A DNA stretch of 62,962 bases, the filler included, from Octopus bimaculoides (taxonomy: Eukaryota): the NCBI RefSeq assembly GCF_001194135.2. It is 7 parts of 6 records of this genome, joined end to end, with 100 filler letters (N's around TTAATTAATTAA, not from the genome) between each part and the next. Parts side by side here need not be neighbours in the genome. Positions count along the whole stretch, not along the records: positions 15,830 to 40,790 come from NC_069001.1; 6 more parts are not named here. One strand, given 5' to 3'. The notes beneath the pieces were generated by a model. The model ran no database searches. It was given only the letters and a program-made list of their open reading frames with translations, and had not been told where the DNA came from. The translations under genes and the position numbers were made by a program. Numbering within the stretch: the first letter of the stretch is position 1; each line of letters opens with the position of its first letter. This document shows positions 25,330-39,090 of the stretch, piece after piece.

Positions 25330-26260
25330 AGTGATATTTTAATAAGCAAAATTGAAAGACTCTTCGATAATAAAAAATCCTGTCCGTGCTATCGACATCT
25401 TTGCAGTGCCAGCTATAACATGTGACACTAATGTCACAGAATTAGATTGACTGTAATATGATACGAGAAATCTATTCATAAAATGTCATATACCTTTATG
25501 AGACCCAACGACTACACATCTCTAGAAGTGACAGTGTACTGGCTTACCGAACGTTAGGGAGAAATATAAGAAGTTTTTTGTTGATGCTACCTATTTCCTA
25601 CCCAATTCACAAGAAGTCATGCTTCGCGCTCCTGTTGATTGTCATCGTACAAAAGGTAGCTAAACAATTCGTTAAGAAATTGGATATGATTTCGAACAGT
25701 TGAAGCTACATGAACCAGCTTGGACAAGCAACCATAAAAACATGACTTTACATAGTCAGTGTTTCTGCGAGCTGGATGTACATATATAGAAAATCTTTTA
25801 GAAAATCTTTAGCCTGGATGAACAAACAACATTCGCGGTGGAAATATTGAAAAGAATACCCACAATTCCACGGTAGATGACAAATGTTACCGCTGTGATA
25901 TTTTCCCCGAAACAACAGACCACATAGTGTAAGAATATCTTACACTAGTCCTGTTTAAAATACTTAGAAACATGAAACTGTTCAAGCCAACCAATTTAAA
26001 TCCTTCAAGAGAAGTGACTTATCTTAGAAATATGCAGTGCGAAAATACTGAAGAACATCAGGATACCGACAAACCACCAGATAGCACTTGATAAGTCTAC
26101 ACTAATTTTCTATGATAAAATCGAACTAATCATTAACATAGCAATACTAAATGAAATTAGTGTTTACCACAAGGGATAAAGGACGAGAAGACATTATAAG
26201 GTGCCCGTTAAAATAGTTGTGTATATAAAAAATAAAAACAGGCATGAAAAGCAATATCAT
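25330..26260 (+). mobile_element. Highly decayed non-LTR element with a restriction-like endonuclease (R4/Dong/NeSL-like)
   Basis: DDKCYRCDIFPETTDHIV (CCHC-like) followed by fragments resembling the PD..D..LIDIAIP region. Confidence 0.5.
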
Positions 26261-26379
26261 AAAACAGAAACGAATAACCACCAAGGGTCAAATTGAGAAT
26301 CCTCTACAAAGCCTGAAATACCCTTATTGTCCTATCTCAGCTGTATTGTAAAGCTAACAGGTGCAACGTAGAATGGGCC

Positions 26380-27400
26380 CATTCATTCATGCTGTAGATG
26401 TCACACTTACCCCACTTTCAATAATATTACTTGAGGGTAGCACCACCCTCTCCTTTCTTATCTCTTCAAAAAAGAACTTAAAATATTTGACGAAGACGAA
26501 AATGTTTATCTTCAGTCTTTCCAAACTTTCCCACAATTCTTTTGCCATTGCTATCACAATGGAAAACTGCCTGACTTCCCGCGAAAGGGACAAAGCGATA
26601 TTCACGATAGACTTGACTGCTAGTGAGATTCGTCCACTCGGCCTTTCAGAGACAGCTTCCTCTCAGGCCATTTCTGAGTGAGACAGGCCATCAGTCTCGC
26701 GATCTCTTCCAGGTTCCTATCCACCTGCAGGTCTACTCCGAGCACTTATACCAGGCCCTCAGTCCAGCGACGATTCCAAGTCAACATGGCCTCACCTTTC
26801 TAAGGCAAGGTCACCGCCATCAATTCATCGTGTAGAAAGTTCACCATGAGAAAAGTTTAGTGAGAAAATATATCCATAGTATCTCAGCATTAATAGTTAA
26901 AAACTATTTTATTGAAAAACAAAACGGTGAATTGATGACGGAAAACTTTCCCTGCTGTGAATTGATGACAGTTAACTTACCGGACATGGAGTTGCAAGCC
27001 CACCAATTTAGTCTGGTTCATGCGCGCTTCTGCACATATCTGATATTATATATAATGTCAATCGCTTCTATATCCAAAGTGTCCGACACCATAACAGCAT
27101 CAACAAAAGTCCATTCCACATCAGCAGTGGTGGTGATTTTTTTTATTTGTCACCAGAAGAACGGATGAGGTGGGGACAGTACAAAGACAGACATAGTGTG
27201 GTGTTTAGGTAGAATGTAATGATTGGAAAAGTAGAAACTGTCCACGATATACAATAAAAACAAATTATACATAGTAGATATTAGTAAAAAGAGGTGATTG
27301 TGATGTGATCCTCTTGATATAGGAAGATCTCTAGGGAAATTGAGAAACCCCACCATACAAAATCTCACTGAACACCAAAGGGCAAGTGCCCTATCCAGTT
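26380..27400 (-). mobile_element. Old Tx1/L1-clade fragment (copy F)
   Basis: IAMAKELWESLERLK...YFKFFFEEIRKER resembles the C-terminus of copies A-C; aaattggtgggcttgcaact matches the KSVGLQL segment. Confidence 0.65.
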
Positions 27401-27449
27401 CCATTTCTCCAACTCACAGGTGTATACTTAGAGCGGTGCCACCATCAAT

Positions 27450-30400
27450 TATTGTTATTTTCGCAAATTTCACCCAATAAATTCACTCGAGGACAACACC
27501 TCCCTATCCACCTTCATTTTCTTTTTCAAGTGAAGCTTGAAGAAGTCTATGAGGGCTCTACCAAAGAGGAATACCTCTGTCTTCAAACCTTTCAACCTCT
27601 TTCGCCATAGCCGCCAAACAAATGAATACTGCCTGACCTAGCTGATTAAAAGAGAGCCGCAGAGCAATCATCCCTAATGACTCGGTCGGTAGATGTATCT
27701 GTCCTACACGAAACAGCAGCTGTTTGACATAACTCCACAAGTCAGCAATGTTCGAATACCGAACGAATGCATGAAGAACAATTTCGTCGTTCTGCGCGCA
27801 TCTCGGGCAAGCCTGTCTGACAGCATCTCAATGTCTGTAGAATTTACCTCGAACCGGAAACGCCACTCGGTAGCACTGTCAGGTCGAGGACGTCTGGAAA
27901 TTGTCCACAGTAGTCCACCGAAATAGACTATCCAGTTCGTTTTCATCGACACCCACAGTCTCCCCGATAACGTCGTCGCACTTCAGCTCCATTAATCCTC
28001 CATATATTGCTGGTGTGGAACATCCACCGATCCCATTGTCCGACTTGTAGAAGGCAGTAAGCACCTAACGACACTCTACGAGGTGCCAAGTACACAGGAG
28101 TGCAGCTCCGTCAAGGAGACGAGTTACGTTTACCATCTAGGAATCGTTGCAGGTGAAGTAACTTTAGCCCGTCATGTCTAAGATGTCATGCAAAGGGTAC
28201 TGGCAGCAAAATGACCACCTGGTTATTGGAACGCATTTCTTCCACAAGAAAATAAATAATAGACATTCCAACCTGATCAAACAGTGATCAAAGCAAGGCA
28301 CTTGTCGGTGTTGATTTTGGCCCCTGTCACCGATTTATATTCCTTTAGAAGGGTGCCGACCATCTTCCTTACAGAGGTGTCCGACAACCCTAGACAGTAA
28401 TGTCGTCCGTGTACGCTGACACTGCCCTGTTGGGTCCCAGTTCGAAAATGATGCCCCTCAACTGTTCCAAGTTCCATAGTAGAGGCGACAGCACGCAGCC
28501 TGACAGAGCAAACGTGCGATGCGAAGCGGCTCCGATATGTGGCCGTTTACTTTGATCACTGAGCAGATACCGCTGGGCATTGCAGCAATCCAACCTCTGA
28601 AAACGTCCGAACCTGGCCGATATCAGGACAACTTCCAATTAACAATGGTCAACCCTATCGAATGCTTCAGATTGATTCAAATTGATCTGATCCCCTCCAA
28701 TGCCAGCTTTGACCCCAGTCCGCTCTATGATGTATCGCATAAGATGAAGGTTGTCGTGTTCAGGATTGTGCACTTTTGTGCTTCTCCGACCGAACTACCG
28801 ACAAGTGCCAACCTTGTCGCCAATACTTTGGCCAAAATCTTAAACTCAATGTTTAGCAGAATTATGGGCCGAAAATTTCCTCAGCAACGTAATCACTCAC
28901 CAACTAGCAGCATTAGTAACTCTCTTGTTCTGCTATCAGTTAGACATCTGCCAAGAAGCCGCCAAACAATACTGGCATGAATACATAGGGCAGACCATCC
29001 AAACCGGGCGAATTACAACTTGTGCAACTGCTCATCACCGTTCGTATTTCAGTAGCCTTTATTAGGTTTTTGTAGAACCTCGCCTCCACTGCTGGGTCCA
29101 GGTTCGAACTACAGTCCACTACCGTCGCCGATTCATCGCACTCCTCAAACAGTCACGTGATGGGGTGCTGGAAAGCCGCACACATCTGCTCGGAACCGAG
29201 TAGCACACGCCCGTCCTAGTCCGTCAAAGACCTGATCGTGGTTCTGTTGCCACGTCGTGTCTCGACCGTCTGGACCGCCGAACGGTTTTAGTTCCTTCGT
29301 GTTTGAGAGCACAGGCCTTAGCTCTGACAACGCAGTCTTCGTGTTTCGCCTCGAAGAATTGGTCAAGAGCCATTCTCACCGCTAGCATGTCAGTCGCGAT
29401 GCCTTTACTAATTGCTTCTTCTAGGTTGCTAACTGTTTCTAATCTATTTCTTTATATTCCTAGCGCATTGCTAAATGCTATCAATTCTACTCTTCTCGTC
29501 CTCTTCAAATCGACCTGCCACCAGTTGTGGACAATTTTCCCCGTCAACTGCTTCTTAACTAGTTCCTGTAGTCTTTGCGTGCCGGTAAGAACACGTTCAG
29601 CTTCTAGTAAATGTGCCTCTGTTTACATGTCCTATCTAAATCGACTGAGTAGATTACAAATTTGTGGACTGTTTAGCCGTCTAGCTTGAACTGTGGACAT
29701 CCTACGCAATTCCTATCCGCTCGTCTAACAGATACTCTATTTAGATCGGTCTGGATGGTCCGCTGTGGTTGCTCTATATCCACACTGGTACATCAGAGAA
29801 ATCCAGTCGCTACCAGTAAGGCAACAGGAAGTTTTTGAGCAGGTTTTCGAGGCTTTTGCATCCCTTTCTGCCATGCACTTACTTCACACAATGGTTCTAT
29901 GCGTACAAAATACAATTCCAGTACTAACAAGCGAGATGCACCTCCAAAAACCTGATCCGAGTCCACGTTCATTTATACATCTTAGTTTGAGTAACGCCAT
30001 GTTTATTGGGGCAAAATAGATAGAGCGGTTACTCACATTCATCATCACGAATGGTGGGTGGTTCTGTGTTCTTTTCCAAAAGTGACTTTCAAAGGATTTT
30101 GTAATTATGTATTGTTTACTGTTTTTCTAAAACCTCTAACACACCTTAATTTGTCCAAGAGTGAGTGATAAATTTTACTCGGCGTTCTCATTAATAATCT
30201 ATCTTTAGGTATTTTGTGGATAAATTTATCAAATTCTCTCTCTTCTACAATTATTTCGCCTTTGTAATGTTTTCCTTGGCAGTTTATCAACTCAATACTG
30301 CTTTTGTTTATAACGGTGAAGGGGCACTAGCATAGCTAGAGTGTGTGCCGCCCGAGACTGCCCTTCCATTTGCTGCCCCCGGACCCCACAAAAAACACAT

Positions 30401-30844
30401 ATTACCTACAACAGACCCAAAAGGGCCACCCGGGGCGGACGCCCCCACCGCCCCACTCGCTATGCTAATATGAAGGGGACAATGTTTTCTATTTGTGTGC
30501 ATGGTTATTTGTTGTAGCTGTTTTCTTTTGGTGGTTTTGTAATTGTTGTGCTTGTGTTTTGTCATTGTTGTTGGAGCAATTTAGCAGATTTGGTTGTTGT
30601 GATGCTGGTTTTTGAGGTTTGTTGCTTTTGTCGTTCTTGATGTTTTTCCTGTGCATGTGTTGGTGAGGACAATTTTGAGTTTTTAAATATGTTTTGGTGT
30701 TTCATCTACGTTTGTGTTTTTGTGGTGGGGGTTATGCTTTCCGCTTTTTGTTTTGGGGTCTTTTTTATGACCACATGCCACTCTCTGGGTTCCTCCTTGT
30801 TTCTACATTTGACGATGACTCAGAGGGGCAAGGTGGAGACTGGG

Positions 30845-30889
<45 letters not shown>

Positions 30890-31700
30890 TGTGTGTGTAT
30901 GCGGGCACACACGCACATTTCCGTATTTCTTGATGCTGCTGTTGGACTTATTAATGTAGCTGTAGTGTAGGCAGTAAAGAGGATTTTTTTTTTCTAGAGG
31001 ACAGAAAGCTTTCTGGTGTTTTATGCTTCCACAAGAGTAACACCTGGCTTTCCTGGTTTTAAAACAACTTGTACAAGGCCTCCATTTTCCAAGGGAATGA
31101 TTTTAGATATCTTTTGAAGACTTTTTGAGTAAGTAGCACCTGGATCTCAACTTCGCACCACTTTTTTGCTCCTCTAAGGTCATTAAAAATAATTATAGAT
31201 TATTTCAGGATTCATATCATTTAGTGTCACCTAACTTATACGTTACTCATAATATGAGGATACGAGTACATATTCCTTGGATCTTCAAGTATCCGTGGCT
31301 ATTTTATCGCTTCTTCTTCGTTAAGGCAGAGCATTTCTGGCATTCCATACTGTCTTCCTCTTCTCTCATGCCATTCTGATCCTAACACAGCCTCCAAACA
31401 TTTTTCTGCTTCTGCTGGTGTCAGGTTACCACCTTTCTGCTTTTCCCATTAATAAATTTGTAGATGAGAGTTTTTTTATTTTAGTTTTTCTTTCTCTCTT
31501 TCTAGGGCAGCTCAATTATGTCCGGGCTGATTAAGAAATGCTAATGCCTCAAATTGAACTCCATGTTGTCTTCCGTTTCAAAATCAATCCACATTTGCAT
31601 TACACCAGCAAACGACCTGATTTTGAGGTGGTTTTGACTTATAATTTGATGTTACTGTTGTAGCTATCACTATTGTTGTTTGTGATATCATCGTTCTTGT
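27450..31700 (-). mobile_element. Old, near full-length Tx1/L1-clade LINE (copy D) including ORF1 remnants
   Basis: RT remnants (AVSAYTDDIT, GAKINTDK, INLNQSEAFDRVDH-like); endonuclease start RCINERGLGS at about 29990; ORF1 knuckle RCYSCGSIKHQKAFCP at about 31005-31050; (TG)n expansion inside. Confidence 0.75.
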
Positions 31701-33490
31701 TTTTCTTGTTGTTGCCGTTGGTGGTAGTGGTTTATTCTGTTGTTGTTTACATATTTACCTTTGTTGTTATTGTTCGTGTTGACACTTTATGAAACACAAT
31801 AGGATGAGTCGTTAAGCTTTTTGGTTTCGGCAACAGTTAAGTCACATTCCATTCGAGCAGGAGTGGCAAAGGATTTGCTGGACGACAGAGTAGAAGTGAA
31901 TTTGGGAACTTGTCTCATATGCTTGCATCTCCTTTGAATAAAGAAGATATAGCCATGTTAGAAAATTGGCTGCTATGAAGCATAAATTTGGAAAGGGCAT
32001 ATAACCCATTCCGTGCTTAAAACGTGAAGTCGAATATTTCCACAGATGCCCTTTCACTTTAAAACAATTTTAGAAGATTGACTGGGAAAAGTAGAACAAA
32101 TGAACGAACCATGAACTGCTCAAGGTGGCGTCCTCTTTTAAGGATATGTAAGGGACGACCGTGCGAACTCATAAAAGGAGAAATGGTGACGAATGGAAAA
32201 ACAGAGGACTCTTTTTATTTAAACGTGTCACACGGTCGAACACAAAATATATATATCAAATGATGATATACATGATATGTTATGCTACGATAACATAGAT
32301 GACCAGCAATGAAAGACCACAACCGTATAAGATGAATAACAGAAGTATTTATTGTAGCGTTAAAGATGTATGTCTGTGTGTGAGTGTGAATGCGACATAT
32401 AAGAACATAATCAAAGACAGGCCGTCGTACAAAGAAAAGTATGTATGTGAGTGATACATGTATGTGTATGTGAAATATTACAGCAAATAGAAAGAGAGTC
32501 AGTAAATGACACNNNNNNNNNNNNNNNNNNNNNNNNNNNNNNNNNNNNNNNNNNNNNNNNNNNNNNNNNNNNNNNNNNNNNNNNNNNNNNNNNNNNNNNN
32601 NNNNNNNNNNNNNNNNNNNNNNNNNNNNNNNNNNNNNNNNNNNNNNNNNNNNNNNNNNNNNNNNNNNNNNNNNNNNNNNNNNNNNNNNNNNNNNNNNNNN
32701 NNNNNNNNNNNNNNNNNNNNNNNNNNNNNNNNNNNNNNNNNNNNNNNNNNNNNNNNNNNNNNNNNNNNNNNNNNNNNNNNNNNNNNNNNNNNNNNNNNNN
32801 NNNNNNNNNNNNNNNNNNNNNNNNNNNNNNNNNNNNNNNNNNNNNNNNNNNNNNNNNNNNNNNNNNNNNNNNNNNNNNNNNNNNNNNNNNNNNNNNNNNN
32901 NNNNNNNNNNNNNNNNNNNNNNNNNNNNNNNNNNNNNNNNNNNNNNNNNNNNNNNNNNNNNNNNNNNNNNNNNNNNNNNNNNNNNNNNNNNNNNNNNNNN
33001 NNNNNNNNNNNNNNNNNNNNNNNNNNNNNNNNNNNNNNNNNNNNNNNNNNNNNNNNNNNNNNNNNNNNNNNNNNNNNNNNNNNNNNNNNNNNNNNNNNNN
33101 NNNNNNNNNNNNNNNNNNNNNNNNNNNNNNNNNNNNNNNNNNNNNNNNNNNNNNNNNNNNNNNNNNNNNNNNNNNNNNNNNNNNNNNNNNNNNNNNNNNN
33201 NNNNNNNNNNNNNNNNNNNNNNNNNNNNNNNNNNNNNNNNNNNNNNNNNNNNNNNNNNNNNNNNNNNNNNNNNNNNNNNNNNNNNNNNNNNNNNNNNNNN
33301 NNNNNNNNNNNNNNNNNNNNNNNNNNNNNNNNNNNNNNNNNNNNNNNNNNNNNNNNNNNNNNNNNNNNNNNNNNNNNNNNNNNNNNNNNNNNNNNNNNNN
33401 NNNNNNNNNNNNNNNNNNNNNNNNNNNNNNNNNNNNNNNNNNNNNNNNNNNNNNNNNNNNNNATATATATATATATAACGCGTAGATATG

Positions 33491-33871
33491 GGTGCAGGCG
33501 TGGCTTATAGGCACAGGAGTGGCTGTGTGGTAAGAAAATTTCTTCCCATCCACATAGTTCCGGGTTCAGTCCCACTGCGTGGCATCTTGGGCAAGTGTCT
33601 TCTATTATGGTTTCTGGCCGACCAAGGCCTTGTGAGAGGATTTGGTAGACGAAAACTGAAAGAAACCCATCGTATATGCATATGTATATATTTATGTGTG
33701 TATATATCTATGTATCGCTTGATAACCGATGTTGGTGTTTACGTCTCCGTAACTTAGTGGTTCGGCAAAAAGGCTTACAAAGAATAAGTTCTGGGTTGAT
33801 CTGTTCGACTAAAGGCGGTGATCCAGCATGGCCGCAGTCGAAATAACTGAAACAAGTAAAAGAATAAAAGA
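33491..33871 (+). mobile_element. tRNA-derived SINE (family 1), full length
   Basis: ggcacaggagtggctgtgtggtaag (A-box-like), gggttcagtccc (B-box-like), conserved core, and an aaacaagtaaaagaataaaag tail. Confidence 0.85.
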
Positions 33872-34214
33872 ATATATATTTACCTTTATATCTCCTAATT
33901 CGTCAGCCACGTGATCAATAAACAGATGAGATTATCACCACCACCGTCATCATCATCATCACCGTAATGATGACGATGGTAATAATCTATTCTATTGTTG
34001 GCACAAGGATTGAAACATTTGTGGTTGTGGCTTAGTCAATTCCATCGACAGCTGGTACTTGTTTCTTCGATTCTGAAAAAGATGAAAAGCGAAGTTGAGT
34101 GAATTACAAATATATGCGATTTACAAATTGATTTTACGTGCCTTCCTCTTCGCGAAATCTTGAATGATTTCATCAAAATTAATTTTATCCGCAAAGTCGC
34201 GCTCTATGGATAGT

Positions 34215-36540
34215 ATTGCTAAATCAGTCAACCTTTTTTTTACTTATTGTTGACCTGAGGTGGTTTTTGATGAGCTTTAGTTTAGAAAAGGACCGTTCAC
34301 AGCTATCAAACTAATGGCACGAGTTAGGAAGACTCTTAAAAGTATAACAATATTTGGCAATGAATCAATAACATTATATTTCTGAATAAATTGAAGAACT
34401 AGCAAAGGCCCTTCCATGTCTTCAGAGTCAACAGCCGCTAAATAATTTTGCAGCTTTGCCCTTTCAACCAGAAAGTCTTCTCTCTTAATATTCTCATCAA
34501 AAACATCTACATCACAATTACACTCTTTATCTAACAAATTAAACGGTGTGAGAAAGGTGTATTTCTTTGCAATATCGTGAAGTCTAGAGGTTATTTCTTC
34601 AACCAGTCTATCTATCATTGACAACATTTCTCTTCTTAGCTCAGCGTCGTAGCTGAGAGCGGCATCGACACTTTCTTCGAAGCTCATTCTTTCCTTTTTG
34701 TGAATTCGACGCACTGTGCTGATTCCCTATCAGAGCAAATTTCGGTTGAATAGGCCAACGCGTCATCTACTGTTTTGTCTCTGCTTACAAGTAGAAAAGT
34801 TTTCAAAGCTGATAGTTTAATGGCACGTTGTTGCAACTCCAGACCTTTCGTTTGGAGGTATAACAGTGTCATTAATTTCATGAAGTATATCTCTCAAAAA
34901 GTCGAGAAATGACAAGAAAGAAAATGACAGCATCGCCTGAAGAATTAAACCTGAATCAGATCTCGTATTGCGTTTCTGCATCTTCCATCAACCGTTCTAG
35001 CGCAGCGATGATTTCCATGAATTTTGTATATACAACTTTCACTGTATCTGCTCGACTACTCTATTTTGTTTCCCCAGCCCGTTTGATAGTTGTACCAGTT
35101 ATCTCAATCAAGATATCCCATCGATAAGTTGAGGCTGAGAAAATGAAAATAAATGGTCCAATGTGCCATATAATGTAACTGAATCTGTACCCAATGAAGC
35201 TGCATGCACAGCTGCTAAATTCAGAGAGTGGATCTTTGGATTAACTTCTGTGATGCGCGCTTAAACACCGCATTGATGACCTGCAATTACTGCCACGTTA
35301 TCAAATGCTTGTCCACGACAGTCTTGAATGTTAATATCGTCCATTTCTAATAGTATCAGAAGCATTGCTCAGCATTTTTGCCTTTCATCTCAATAAAACA
35401 AAGAAAGGGTTCTTCTACTTTTAATTCCTTTTCATCTATTTTAACATAACATAGCACCTGAGAAATTTGGTCAATATGAGAAATGTCTGGAGTACTATGA
35501 AAAATAATGCAATAGTATTTACTGTTTCATTTAATCGATAACTTTCTTTCTCACTTGATCTCCCAGGGCGTTCACAAATTCATTCTGAATTTTTGGTGAG
35601 AGGTAGGAATTTTTACTTTCACCAAATGTTCACGTAGCACTGGGTCGAATTTTCCAATCAGTTGAACAAGCTCCAGAAAATTTCCTTTATTTTCATTTGC
35701 CTTCTTAACTCGAATATCTTCTCTATGGCCTCGTAAAGCTAGGTTTTGCTCAGCAAGAAACATAATTATGTCCCAGAATCTAGTCAGGATTTGCTTCCAT
35801 TTCTTTGATTTTCAACAAGAGTTTGTTGTTCTTTGTTGTACCTTGCCTTTGGAAAGGCGAATTTCTAGCTCTTTCCACTGAGTAAACGCATTTTCATGCG
35901 CAGGGCTAGATTCATGTTCTTGTATCTTAAGATTCAACTTCCACCAAGATTTGAAACCGTCAACTGAGCAAAACTTTGAGTTTTCACTTGAAAATAGCTG
36001 ACAACAAAAACAAAACACAGCTTCTTTCGATGGAGAATATATCATCCAAGTTCTCAAGATTTTTTCCCCATTTTGTAAAGTTCGAAAAAAAAACCCAGTT
36101 TCTTAACAGTCTTCTAGTCTCCCCTTTCAGTTTTATTATTTGCCCTTGAAGTACAACTTCTTTGAATTCACTGCCAATATCTTGCACAGCCTTCGATCCT
36201 TGTTGTACAAGGATTTCCCGAACACCGTTACCGTGATTAAACTTAGCAGGCCACATCCCAATGTCTTTCAAATTAATATTAGAGTTTTATTCTTAAGTAG
36301 TTTGTACTGGATCAGCATCATCATCTTCTATTTTCTTTTCAAGTTGCACTTCATTAACATCATTTCCATGATCTTCTCCAGTAATACCAGTTTCATCTGG
36401 ACGGTTGGGTCTGATGAGAAATTTAATTATGGCACCTTCATTTCGCCTTTCTTCTTCTTCTTTCGTTTTTCTTCCTTTTTTTTTTTTTCGAAATGTTGCA
36501 CCGCTATCCTTAATTCACTTCATCTCAAATTATATCAGTA
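34215..36540 (-). mobile_element. Decayed hAT transposase (ZMYM1-like type)
   Basis: WMIYSPSKEAVFCFCCQLF (TTF-type zinc finger), FLAEQNLALRGHRE...GNFLEL, and C-terminal LPNIVILLRVFLT dimerisation-like region; frameshifted; TIRs not found. Confidence 0.85.
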
Positions 36541-36689
36541 ATAGCGTAAATTTATATGAATAAAAGCAAACAGAGTATAGACCAACCTAAAAAAAAAATC
36601 AACTTTCTGAATATCATCGACACAGTCTTATCCTGTAACACATAACATTACTGTATTAACAATATTATACTGTATATTACACAATATTT

Positions 36690-36858
36690 TTTTCTTTATT
36701 GCCCACAGGGGGTTAAACAAGGACAGACAAAGGGTTTAAGTCGATTACATCAACCCCAGTGCGTAACTAGTACTTATTTAATCGACCCCAAAAGGATGAA
36801 AGGCAAAGTCGACCTCCGCGGAATTTGAACTCAGAACATAACGGCAGACGAAATACCA
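36690..36858 (-). mobile_element. 3' half of a family 2 SINE
   Basis: Reverse complement of ggtatttcgtctgccgtt...gttcaaattccgc.gaggtcgactttgcctttcatcc...gggcaataaagaaa; the 5' half is replaced by LINE copy C. Confidence 0.85.
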
Positions 36859-39090
36859 ATTTCTTTATTGCCCACGGGGGGCTAAACATAGAATGGTACA
36901 AAACAACTGATTAGGATCAGTAATGCGATATGATTTACATAAAATATGACTTTAAAAATTATATAAAATATAAAAAATCGAATGATATTAACAATACATT
37001 AGACAACACAAAGGAAGCGATGATCAGGCCACGCTCCGACCCCACAAGCCCCGATCTATCGCTGGCACCTTTTTTGTTCTCTTTTTTTCCGTCTACTCAC
37101 ACGGTTCCTTGCACGCACAGCACTCGTGCAACATGCGTCCATCTCTTTCGGAACGTACACTCCGACAGATATCTCCTCTCCAACCACACTTTCCTTTTCA
37201 AATGAAAAGTAAAATATGAACGTAAATTGTGGCCAGAGATAAAGTTGCCTGTCTTAATTCCTTTTATCCTCGTCTTCCATGCTGCCTCTTTCGCTATTGC
37301 TACAACCGTGAGAAAACAATTCTTACCTTCGTTTATTAAAACTCCCGGTGGGTCAGTTTTTATGATTGACTCAGTCGACAGTTGTACTTTTCCTTCGCCG
37401 GACAACAGGTGTTCAGCATAAGCCCACATTTCAGATATCTCCGGACACTGAACAATAGCGTGAGGGACAGTTTCCCTGTCTCCCCCGCTTCTTGGACAGG
37501 TCGGCGACTGACGCTCACCGTGTCTTGCGAGCTTATTCCAAACGGGCAAGGCACCTCTGTAGCATTGCCAAGTTAAGGACTTTTGGAAGTTGTCCAACGT
37601 TCTCAACCCGAATGTACGGTGAAACAGGCTGTCCAGTTGAATAAACCTGAGACATAGAGTCACCCCCAGGCCATCGTCGCATTCATACTCTACCAACCCA
37701 CTATATAAAATCCGTGTGGGATCCCCACCGCTGGCGTTGCCCCAGCGCCGGAATAGCAAGAGGGCCTTACGGCACTCTTTATGCCATTCACTCGACCGCG
37801 GTCTACGAGAACACCAGGCTTCCTGCTCGCAAAAACTTTTGAACTCGGGGAACATTTGTCTGGCCAGCGGAGACCACACCCGTTCACTATCCAGGATAAT
37901 CCAGAGGTGCCTCAATCCCAACGCATGCCTGCGCATCATTAACCAAGACATCCCTAAACCTCCTTTTAAAGGCTTTTGACAGCAGACGGAGCGTTTCACA
38001 AGTGGCAACCTGCACTTCCACAAAAAGCGAAAGAGCTGTCTCTCCAGCCTGATCAACCACGAATCCGGACAAGGCACGACGGTTAGGCGGTAGGTAACGA
38101 CCGATGTGATAAACACATTGGCCACCTCCGCTCTCCCTTTCAGGGATAGCCACCGCCAAGACCAGGTCTTGACTACTGCAGCCACCCTGCTCAATACCTC
38201 CGTCCAGTTCTTCTCTATTTGGAGGCCTGGTCCAAACCAAACTCCCAGAAACTTAACCGGTCCCTCCGTCCAGCGCCCAACAGCGCTGTCTGAAGGCATC
38301 GACTTGCCAACCCAGGTGCCGAGTTGCAAGCCGACCGACTTTTCCCGGTTAATCTTTGTTCCTGCCACCTCCTCGTAAGCCTCAATACTCTTACCCACTT
38401 CACGTAGACTTGCTACTGAGGTTACGCTGATAGTGATATCATCCGCGTAAGCCGTAACAAACTCCTCTAGACCTGGTTCTCTCGGAATGCCACTCAACCT
38501 CCGCAGTAGCGGCTCGAGAGCTACCACATACAAAAGCGGTGAGAGCGGACATCCTTGACGAACCGAGCGTCTGATGCAGAACGGCTTCGAAAGAAAACCG
38601 TTCACCTGAACTATCGAGTCATTGTTGTGGTACAAAGCGATAAACCACCCGAGGAAGCCAAGGCCCAAGCCGAACCGCGCAAGCACAGTCGCCAGGTANN
38701 NNNNNNNNTATAACGTCCTCCTTGTCCGGGTCCTTTCTGACCAACGTCACTACTCCCCGGCGCACAGATCTGGGGATAAACCCATTCTGTTGCCAGTTCG
38801 CGTAAACGTCAGCCAGCAGATACCCGAACAATTCTGGCATACATTTATACAGCTCATACGGAAGACCATCAAGTCCCGGTGACCTACCCGCTTTACAGTC
38901 GGCCAAAGCCTCCATTACCTCCCCAGGCGTGATTGGCCCTTCGCAAGACTCCGCATCCGACCCCGAGAGACACGACAGACCGGCAAGAAAGTCCTCGAGG
39001 GCTCTCCCACCATCAGGACCGCCGTCACTCCCGAACAGCTGGGCGAAGTACTTCCGAAAGGCCTCACATTTTCTCGGGTTCGTTTATCAA
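36859..39090 (-). mobile_element. Tx1/L1-clade LINE copy C, 5'-truncated, with a long open RT/C-terminal ORF (37097-38686)
   Basis: 529-codon ORF with RRSVRQGCPLSPLLY, AYADDIT, KSVGLQLGTW and C-terminal ETVPHAIVQC; upstream GRSPGLDGLPYELY; tail GCAATAAAGAAAT; a 10-N gap at 38699-38708 hides part of the RT. Confidence 0.92.

Noticed and set aside
27450-31830. 19-bp target duplication around LINE copies D and F
   Set aside because: No TCAGTTGG-like sequence or recognisable tail was found at their ends; they are too decayed to test.
33491-33570. tRNA gene
   Set aside because: A/B-box-like motifs belong to a SINE head; no cloverleaf can be formed and the SINE body follows.
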